Positions 53,738-64,000 of a DNA stretch of 64,000 bases are shown here, one piece after another. The notes under the pieces were generated by a model. The model was not told the origin of the DNA. It saw only the letters and a program-made list of their open reading frames with translations, and ran no database searches. Numbering within the stretch: position 1 is the first letter of the stretch; the number at the start of each line of letters is the position of its first letter. The translations under genes were made by a program, and so were the position numbers. Origin of the DNA: Eledone cirrhosa (taxonomy: Eukaryota); assembly GCA_964016885.1 (NCBI GenBank), contig OZ024743.1, positions 28,520,001-28,584,000 of the forward strand, given 5' to 3'.

Positions 53738-55108
53738 CTGATAGAAAAAAAATTAGGAATTCGCTGTCAATCCATTCATATTACCAGCACTCCCTGTTCA
53801 AATACCGCCACTGCCACCTTTGCCTTTCGTCCACATGGTGTCGATAAAATATAGTACCTGTCTAGGTCGTTGGATTGGATGAGTTTCCGCAGTGACAAAT
53901 GAGATGTCTTAGTGTATTTATTCCGGCGCTTTAACACCCCACATGGTCCTTCGGTGCCTTTAGGGGAATTAACTTTATTACAAGCCATTATGCTAGGTTT
54001 CAATATGAAGATAACTACCACCTTTCCACACATCTGTTTCAGAGGAGCTGAAAATATAGGTTTATAGGCGCTCTCTATTTTCACTGATTCAGCAGCAAAA
54101 ACGAAAACATTTATCACATCAGTCTGGATATGGTTATCCGTATGCGAGAAATACTTATAATAACTGATTGATTCATTTTGTTATTTAGCTGGAATACAAC
54201 AAGTCCCAATATTTCAAACAATGCATAACATATTTTTCGCATTTATGATTATCTGTTGATCCTATGTAAACCAAGCAACAACATCTCAAATGTTTATGGA
54301 AACAACTGATGCTTTGAAATGCAGGCAAAATATATTCATGGTCTTCAAATACAAATGAAATATATTTATATACTTCCAAAAAGTACTGTACCTGTAATTT
54401 CGAATCTTTGATGTTTAAAACGTAAAAGTCCGGATACTGTCAATGTTTTTAAAACAAAGGCATAATAAAACGGAAGCATCCACGCTGAAATCCACGCTAA
54501 AATAAACAAGGCTGAATAAAACACGAAGTTGTTTTATGAAGAGAACTTGTATGTGGTCACTCGAAATAACAGCCGATCATCATCATATTATACCTTACCA
54601 TCTTAAACAAATTCATATTAAATAAAACCATCAGGTTTACACTGTCTGAAAACTGAAAAATAAAATAAAGCAGAAAAAAATATGGTCATGGCTTGGACAC
54701 TTTTGAATCATAGGTTTGTTTGATTAAGGCTGACCTGGAGTAAACAGCAACAACAGATTCCATTTTGAGAACGTAACTGAACTGGTCACTAGCACATTAA
54801 ACCACCCAGTATAGATCTTTTTTGTATAGTGTTAAGTGTGTAATCATCACGCCTGGCAATAATGAATGATATAGCATTGAGGGATTAATCGATGAGTTAA
54901 GAAAGAAAGACTGGGATCCACTTCTGTTGACGGACAAAATAAAAAAGCAGAACATTATCATTTCTTCAAGTAGAGTGAGAGAAAATTCTGCCCTTGAGAC
55001 TTTTTTCTATTTGTTTGTTGTTTTTATTCATTTATTTTTGTTCATTTTTACCAATTTTATTTTATGAAATGTGATTTAAGTGGCAGATAATATGCGGCTG
55101 TGTGATTG

Positions 55109-55171
<63 letters not shown>

Positions 55172-55619
55172 TTATATATATGTGTGTGTCTGTGCGCACG
55201 CATATGGATTTAAGAGAACAAGCCGACATTTCTCTTTTTTGAAGGGCGATCGTTGTATTTTGAGATGTCATGTGATGGTGATGATGGCTATGGTGACGAC
55301 GATGGTCAAGACGAGGACGATTTCGAGGATGAGTTGAATGATGATGATAATGATGATATTGTTGATGGTGGTGGTGGTGGTGGTGGTGATGTTGCTGCTG
55401 CTGTTATGGATGGTGCTAATGATGATGCTGTTGTTATTGTTACTTAGAATCGCTCCTCGTCAAGTCTTTAATTTGGTCGTGACTATTCCGTGTTAAGGTG
55501 TAACTATGATTACATTATCTAATGTATTCTTCCTGTATTTAAAGATGATGTGATATGGTTTGAAGGAGAATTTGCTGATTGAACAACTACGTAGAAGCAA
55601 ACAAGTTGGCTGGTGAACA

Positions 55620-56200
55620 TAAAATGGAAGTCCCAAGGTCGATCTAATCAATTGTTCTCTATCCTTCCCTGGCTAATGATTGAGGAGTATGAACAATTTC
55701 TGTTTAAATCATTGAGCTGATAGAGTTCCAAGGAACATGGCATTACTTGTTCGAGTAAAGTGAAGAATGACGCAATTGTCCTGCTCGTGGTATTTCAGTG
55801 TCGATCGGTGCATTGTCAAATGAGTGTATGCTGAATAACTGTTGTCACGTACGAGACGGAACCAGCTATCAACCAATTCTATCATGAATATCAAACCAGC
55901 GCCTTCTTTTAGCATGGAATTGACGTTACAATTCCCCAGCCTGTTAGTTAGAATGAAGGAAGTTGTTCTGGTGGACGCAGAGGAAAGTTTAAAGAGAGAT
56001 ATTTTTCCGCTTGAACAAAGCCCTCTTCAGTTTTTTAAAGTACCATAGGAGAAGAAAAGTGAACCCAGAGAAGAGAATGTTACTCTCCGATGAATTTTAC
56101 GAAAGTTGAAAGCCATTGTCTAAGTTCCAGCTCTGCGTGTGTCACCTGGCGACAAGAATTGAAAGCAAGCATCTGATGCATTTGATGTTGATGTATCGTT
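55620..56200 (-). pseudogene. Possible decayed IS630/Tc1-like transposase
   Basis: Weak remnants VKFIGE (cf. FIDE), RGLCSSG and DNCVILH (cf. DNARIH), in the expected order. Confidence 0.3.
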
Positions 56201-56479
56201 TTGTGTGTGGCACTATTATGGGGGTTCTTTTTTTGCAATATCTTCTTTTTTTGTGTGTGTATTTCTTATTATTGTTATTTCTTAACATTTGACGTTTATT
56301 TGTGAATTTGTTTTCATACTCGATATAAATAACCGACTACATCATTTGTTGTTTCTTTAATTTTTTCTTTGTACTATCCTCAATAATTTAGGTCCTTGAA
56401 TCAATAAAATAAACTATACTAACATGGAAACTATACAGAAAAAATCCTCATCAGCTTTATTATTATTACTATTAGGTAT

Positions 56480-57755
56480 TTGGATTGGCAGTATTGGTAG
56501 AGGGTCGGACGCCATGCTTTGACGTATAGAGTTACGGTCCTTGACATTCTGAGTTCAAATCCCGCCGAGGTTAACTTTGTTTTTCATCCTTACGGGGTCG
56601 ATAAAATAAAGTACCAGTAATGCACTGGTTAATTGCTGGCCTAGTGTCAAAAGTAGAAACAATTATTATTACTATTATCCGCTTGTCACACATCAAGTGT
56701 GGATGAGGGTGGCGCATTCAATAGCGGAGGATTTTTGTGACATTTCTAAGGATTGTTGTATTTTGTAAGGGCCCCACCCAGACGTTGGTCCTAAGTTATT
56801 CGGTGGAGTGGCAGTATCGGTAGAGCGTCGGGCAACATGATTTGAAGCATAGAGCTGCGGTCGTTTAAGTTCTGAGTTGAAATCCCAAACTCGACGAGGT
56901 TAGCTTTGCTTTCATCCTTACGTGTTCGATATAATATAGTATAGTATAATATAAGATAATCTAAACTATAATAAAGTAAGGAGCGCCGGACTGCGTACAG
57001 TTTATAATTTTTTTATCCCATTAGTAAAATAAGTTGGATTACTTTGAATAAATAATGAATGAATATTACATAATTTATCTACTAAATTTCGTGGCTGTTG
57101 ATTAAATATATTTTGTTTATTTAAAGATTCACTTCTTTAAAATTTGTGAAATGTCAACACTTCGGGTTGGCCATCGCTTAAATAAACATACTAATTTTCT
57201 GTCACTAATTTTCTCCTAATACAGTTTATATATAATATCGTCTTTTTTAATGTATCATGGATTACGTTACTGATTACATAAGGCAGTGTAACACAGTCTT
57301 CGTTTAATTTCTGTGTATTATATATTGTCAATTACGATTTTATTTGATGTATCATATCTACATGTATATACCTGCGTATAATATCAATATACACACTACA
57401 CATGCCAGCAGAAAACCACCTGAAAGGTGGTTTTTCTGCTAGTATAATATAATATAGTATAATATAAAATAATTGTTTCTACTTTTTGGCACAAGGCCAG
57501 CAATTACCCAGTGCATTACTGGTACTTTATTATATCGACCCCGTAAGGATGAAAGGCAAAGTTAACCTCGGCGGGATTTGAACTCAGAATGGCAAGGGCC
57601 GTAACTCTATGCGTCAAAGCATGGCGTCCGACCCTCTACCGATACTGCCAATCTATAAAATAATGGTTTCTTATATAGGCACAAGGCCAGCAATTTTGGA
57701 GGGAGGGGGTCGATTAAATCGACCCAGTGCGTGACTGGTACTTTATTTTATCGAA
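56480..57755. mobile_element. Four dominant-SINE copies (plus: about 56480-56670, 56805-56930; minus: about 57470-57655, 57660-57755)
   Basis: Match to the SINE consensus. Confidence 0.8.
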
Positions 57756-57811
57756 TAACATGAGTAACATGAATAAATCGATTTCACAGTTAAAGGACTA
57801 ATATTTATTAC

Positions 57812-57932
57812 ATAACTGACACGTGTTTCACCAATAAACAGTTGAGCAATATCTCTGATGGGAACTATCGGAAAACTCGATTTCCAATATCTTCGCGTTA
57901 GCACCGTGATAAATCGGCTTCTTCAGAGACTA
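57812..57932 (-). ncRNA. HHR with 90-nt stem II insert
   Basis: CUGAAGA-AGCCGAU...AUUGGU-GAAA-CACGUG-UC; stem I is weak. Confidence 0.6.
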
Positions 57933-58076
57933 ACAATGTTTTCATCTGTTATTTATTATTTTATATATAAACACTGCTGGAATTACCTTCATTCTACCCA
58001 CGATTTATCACCACGGAACAACTAAGATGACACAGTCTTCGATTTCCCCTAACGAAATCCGATCACTACTAAATGG

Positions 58077-58132
<56 letters not shown>

Positions 58133-59479
58133 TAGATAGATAGAGGGGGGGGGGGGGGGAGAAAGTGAAAGTGAGAAAAAAATATAGAACGAAAGAAGGT
58201 AAGTAGGGGAAGAATGGACACTCGTACTAGACTGTACTGTTACATTATATACCGACCTTGAAAATATGAAAAGCAAAGCTGACCATACTGAGATTTGAAA
58301 CCATGGCAGCGTGAGCCGAAACGAACAAAATACAATATTTTATCTGACATTCTAATGACCGCCAATTCGGTGTGTATTCAATAAAAGTACGAAATAATTA
58401 AGATTGTCCATGATTAAAGAAGGCACTATATATCAGAATCCACAGAGTATTGAATAAAATGCATTACGGAATTTAGTTAAGTTCATTTACATATTGTGCT
58501 CAAATCACGTTGAAGTCTATTTTATGTTTAATAAAGACGACTTAATAAGTACCAGTAATATACTGTGAAATTTAATCGGTAAATGTGCAACTTTATCTCC
58601 GGGTAAGATATCGTTATTTTGAGCCACTTCAACCCTAAACGAGCAGATACATACTGAAAGGCCATACTCATTTATTTTCAAGAATATTGCATCAAGGACT
58701 ACACGATCCAGTGCATCCTCTCCATTCTAATGACATTGTGATGGTAATTACTGGAAGCTGGCAAGCAACGTGAAGACGAAGGTAAAAGATTCCACTTTGG
58801 GGCGAAAGAAATTATTGTCTTTGATTGATGGCCGTGTTTCGATTTTATGCTTTATTATAACTACAGCTCTCCCTCTGAATCTTTAGTTCAGGTCCAGTCG
58901 GGTTTAAAACGCTATTGCTCATGCATTAATACGTTAAGTTGGTGATCGTTCATCAACTGGTATCCTCACCTACATAAATATGATTTTCTTTGTCAAAATT
59001 GGCAAAAATCCTTTATCAGCATATCAACCAAAATTCAGAAACACGGAAAAAATAATATACAGAACACATATTTTCTTTTAATAAGTATACACTTACACTC
59101 TCTGTGTACATAGATCATGTGCTTAAACAGTAGACCTCGCTATGCAGTCTAAAATGAAAAACAAACTGTAGTAGTTGCGCCGATCATTATCAGCTAATCA
59201 AAAGTGTATAGTTTAAATCGACTTACGTAGAGATATAGTAACTACTCATGAAAAATGCTATGAACAAACGTCACTGCATTTTCTCATTTGCATATCAGTG
59301 CATGCGCTCCCAGCGCACATTAATTAACTACAGAGCTGTGGCAGCGTGTTTGTCGATATATTGTAGACATTTCATATGAACGTTTAATAAGCTTGCGTTA
59401 AACTTTAGAGAAATGTGAACCGATGTAAATATATTTAATAAATATATTTATAGCTTATTCCCGAACAAGCTTTCTCCAT

Positions 59480-59532
<53 letters not shown>

Positions 59533-59649
59533 ATATTTATATATAGTTGTGTGTGTGTGCGTATGCTTCTGTGCGTATGTAAGTATAAATATATGTTTGT
59601 ATAGAGAGAAAGAATTATCCATACATATATACATATATTATTATTTTTA

Positions 59650-60698
59650 GCATAGTTACGTCCCTTTACAGTCTGAGTTCAAATCCCGCCGAGGTTAACT
59701 TTGCCTTTCATCCTTACGGGGTCGATAAAATAAAGTACCAGTAATGTACTGGATAATTGCTGGCCTTGTGCCTAAAGTAGAAACAATTATTTTTTTTAAA
59801 TGTGGAAGGAATATAGGAAGCAGAAAACTCGGGGAGGCGAGGGGGGCACAAACACAACCACAATTCTCGCTCATCGGCTGTCTTCTGGGGTTCATTGTAG
59901 TTCGGATGGTTTATAAGACAGGACTATTCACCACCAGTGCATGAATAACAATCCACAGATTGCTATTCGGGAAGAAAACACAACGGACATTGGCCGAAGA
60001 AAAGAATTAAAAAAGTGAAATGTCGACATACTGATAAGAGAAAATAAAGTTTTTATATTCGAAAGCAGCACACTTCAGTCCTTAGGAAGGAATGAAATAA
60101 ATTAATAGAAGTTGGTTCGGGCATTGGTCATAGAGACAGTATTAACAGGTGGGAGATGTGGCGAGATCGAATGAACTGGTCCGTGGTCAGATCACAAATG
60201 GAGAAAAAAAAAGGCTTGAACGGAAGTGTTGGGCAGGGCAGTATTAAGAAGTGAGAGAGGGTATAAAAAAAGATAGATAAAGGGATATAGAGGGAGGAAT
60301 AGAGATAGAGAGATATTTGGAGAGAGAGAGTCACAACAGTAGTAAACAACAGACCCTCGTACAACTACAACACCGGGGATTTACTTAATCATTTAAGATA
60401 TATGTTTGATTTTAAAACTGGTCGATGTGGTTACTAATATAATTGTTTCTACTTTAGGCACAAGGCCAGCAATTACCCAGTGCATTACTGGTACTTTATT
60501 TTATCGACCCCGTAAGGATGAAAGGCAAATTCAACCTCGGCGGGATTTGAACTCAAATCGTAAAGGGACGTAACTATGCTGGAAAGCATCGCGTCCGACT
60601 CTCTACTGATACTGCCAATCCACGGTTACTAATATAATGCTACTCAAAAAATACGTTGGAGAAATATAGAAAACAGGAAACTCGGTAGACACACCTAT

Positions 60699-60730
<32 letters not shown>

Positions 60731-63515
60731 ACACACGCACATACACACACACACACGCACATACCCACACACATATATATATATGGTATCCCAGTGTAAA
60801 TATATACGATATACAGATATGTAAATAACTGTTATGGGAAACTTTTTTTATATTTTGTCTACATGGAATTACCATACAATTTTTTCCAATGAAATATACG
60901 GGGCTATAATTGTATTTGCTGTGAAAATATTATTCTGAGTTCAAATCCCGTTGAGGTTAACTTTATGTTTCATCCTTACGGGGTCGATAAAATAAAGTAC
61001 CAGTAATACACCGATTAATTGCTGGCCTTGTGCCAAAAGTAGAAACAATTATATATATTGAAGTAAGAAATATAATATACAGTAGTGTTAATAAATTATG
61101 AATTTATTGAATAAATATTAAAGTGAGTAATCAACAAAAACTAAATTTGAAAACATATTATATGTAAACTTCAACAAAAAAATGGATGCATTTTTAATAG
61201 TTATTTTAATATAAAATCAACAAAAATTGTAAGTTTTTAATGCAAAATCCACACAAGCAGGCTTCAAATGGCGCAGCTTCCCCATCACCGCTCTAAACGA
61301 TCTGTAGCTATAGATGTCTTAATTCACCATTCTTCGGAAACCAAGCACAAAAGTACCAGTCATGAACTTTTGTCGACTTTATCTACTCCGCCCGTATGCT
61401 CAAATTGATTACCTCATTCTTGTGTTGTCTTTAAAATAATAATTATTATTACTAGCGTAAGAGCGTTGTATTGGCAGGATCGGTAGAGAGTCGGACAACA
61501 TGCTTTGCAGGATAGCGTTACGTCCCTTTACGTTTTGATTTAAAATACTGTCGAGGTTAGATTTGCCCTTTAATCTTACGGAGACGCTAAAATAAAGTAC
61601 CAGTTACACACGGAGGCCGATTTTATTTGACTTTCTCCTCCTTCAAAATAGTTTGCCTTGTGCCTAAATCGGAAACCATTATTATTAGAGTAAGACGGTG
61701 GATTGTCAGTATCGGTAGAGGGTCGGACGCCATGCTTTGCAGCAAAGAGTTACGGCCCTTTAATGGTCTGAGTTCGGGGTCGATAAAGTCAAGTACTAGG
61801 ATCGATATCAACGATTTTCTCATTCCCACAAATTGCTGGCTTCACGTCAATGCTAGCACGAATTGTTAGACTAAGGGACAGGTGGATTTTCAGAATCGTC
61901 AGAACGTCAGAACGTCTTGTATTTGGTTAGGGTCCTTTCAGTTCTGAATTCAAGGTCAACTTTGCCTTTCTCCATACGGTATCGGTAAAATAAAGAACCA
62001 GTCACATTCTAGTGTTGAGTGAATTGACTCTCTCCTGAAAAAATTGCTGGCCTTTTGCATAAATTTGTTCCATAATGAAACAAAACATAAGTCAAATATA
62101 TTGATTCATTATCGATATATGAGTTTCATAATAGTTCACTCACTGCCTCCGTCACTCTCGCTCTCCCTATCCTTCAGTATTATGCGCAAATGGGGGCCAG
62201 GCGCTGGCCGCCATGCACTCCCGGAGGACAGAATAGAAAAAAGTGCTTACCAGGAGGATGGTGTGGGAGACGTGTTGGAAGAGCCATTCCAGCTCCCGTG
62301 GCTCACACCTGCAGGTAACCAGCACTGTGCCGATGGTGGTGGGTAGGGAAGTGGTCCTAGTGCCAATGACATAAGAAGTCTCCACTGCTAGAAACCATTA
62401 TTTTACGGCCCTTGCCATTCTGAGTTCAAATCCCGCCGAGGTTAACTTTGCCTTTCATCCTTATGGGGTCGATAAAATAAAGTACCAGTAATACACTGGT
62501 TAATTGCTGGCCTTGTGCCAAAAGTAGAAACAATTATTTAAGTAAAGATGGGTGGTGGATTGGCAGAATCGGTAGAGGGTCTGACGCCATGCTTTGCAGC
62601 ATAGAGTTACGGCCCTTTATGGTCTGAGTTCAAATCCCGCCGAGGTTAACTTCGCCTATCATCCTTACGGGGTCGATAGATTAAAGTACCAGTAATACAC
62701 TGGTATAATTGCTGGCCTTGTGCCAAAAGTAGAAACAATTATTTAAGTAAAAAGTAAAGAGATAGGCGATGTACTGGCAAAATTCGTAGTAGTATTTTGT
62801 TTCGGTTCTTTACGTTTTAACTTCAAATCACCAATTTTGCTCGTCATTCTTTCAGGCTCGGTAACATAGATTCAGTAAAACATTAACGCACATTTAATCA
62901 CATATACCATTTCTAAAGTATATGCTTCCTTAGTAGAGATCATTTTAGAGTTAACGCCTAAGTTTGGCGGAGTGGTAGGATCGCTAGAACATCGGAAATA
63001 CCATCCTGTGGTATTTAGTAACATGTCTAATACTAAGTTCGAATTCTGCTGAATTGATTTCGTTTTTCTTTAATTTGTTTTGTATGTGTATGCATGTATG
63101 TGTATGTATATATATATATATGTGTGTGTGTATATGTATATGTGTGTGTGAGTGGGTGTGTGAAGGGACATTAAATTATGTACCAGTTGAGTATCATTAT
63201 ATATCTCATGACTTTGCCTTTCATCCTTACGGGGTCGATAAAATAAAGTACCAGTAATACACTGGTAATTGCTGGCCTTGTGCCAAAAGTAGAAACAATT
63301 ATATATTTCATGGATTGGCAGTATCGGTAGAGGGTCGGGCGCCATGCTTTGAAGCATAGAGTTACCTCCCTCTATGATCTGAGTTCAAATCCCGCTGAGG
63401 TTAACTTTGCTTTTCATCCTTACGGGGTCGATAAAATAAAGTACCAGTAATATACAGAGATAATTGCTGGCCTTGTGCCAAAAGTAGAAACAATTATATA
63501 TTTCATGGATTGGCA
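59650..63515. mobile_element. Dense field of dominant-SINE copies, including head-to-tail dimers at about 62400-62745 and 63210-63515
   Basis: Consensus matches at about 59650, 60440 (minus), 60933, 61460, 61695, 62400, 62552, 63210 and 63310. Confidence 0.85.
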
Positions 63516-63777
63516 TCCCACACATTTCATGTCATGTTCATATCTTGTAACTCATCATTATCCTCATGTAGTGTGTAGTGTGTGTATGTAGTGTGTGTGT
63601 ATGTAGTGCGTGTGTATGTGTGTGTATCGGTATGTGTATGTGTAGTGTGTGATTGTATGTGGTGGTGGTGTTGTTGTTTGTTTATATATAAACATATAGA
63701 GTAATTTGCCGTTGTTTATACACACGTTCTTGCAGTTGTTGTTGTTGTTTTCTTTTTATTAACAGTAGTGGAAATAG

Positions 63778-63828
63778 AAATATTAGTATTATTGTCTATC
63801 CGTTTGTGTGTATATATGTATATAGCAC

Positions 63829-63864
<36 letters not shown>

Positions 63865-63916
63865 GTGCTATATACATATATACACACAAACGGATAGACA
63901 ATAATACTAATATTTT
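63778..63916. repeat. Palindrome centred on (TA)n
   Basis: AAATATTAGTATTATTGTCTATCCGTTTGTGTG...GCACG-(TA)n-CGTGC...CACACAAACGGATAGACAATAATACTAATATTT. Confidence 0.92.
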
Positions 63917-63935
63917 TATTATATATATATATATC

Positions 63936-63968
<33 letters not shown>

Positions 63969-64000
63969 GCGTGTATATGTATATTTATGTATATGTATAT

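Overview
Eukaryotic, AT-rich, microsatellite-saturated DNA with no prokaryotic genes. Composition and the dominant SINE suggest an octopus-like mollusc (inference only). Almost all interpretable sequence is retroelement-derived. (1) Penelope-like elements (PLEs): two Naiad-type RT/GIY-YIG copies (1-5033 and about 24350-27630, minus strand) and a second GIY-YIG family (about 17765-18770, 29340-30300, 48625-49200). (2) About 17 minimal type I hammerhead ribozyme (HHR) motifs. These include a ~420-bp tandem HHR-bearing non-coding repeat (retrozyme-like, 16390-17520, with relatives at 5035-7015) and four HHRs with a long structured insert (55-116 nt) in stem II. (3) A head-to-tail stack of four R4/Dong-type RLE retrotransposons separated by (TAA)n (about 35915-44410); the first has an intact 1082-aa ORF. 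(4) Tx1/L1 and RTE fossils, a non-autonomous Helitron, and more than 20 tRNA-derived SINE copies. Fold-back inversions and palindromes recur beside (TA)n tracts. No host gene can be established; only three isolated exon-like segments were seen. Most ORFs in the supplied track are microsatellite translation artefacts. All calls are from manual reading; no searches or folding programs were run.
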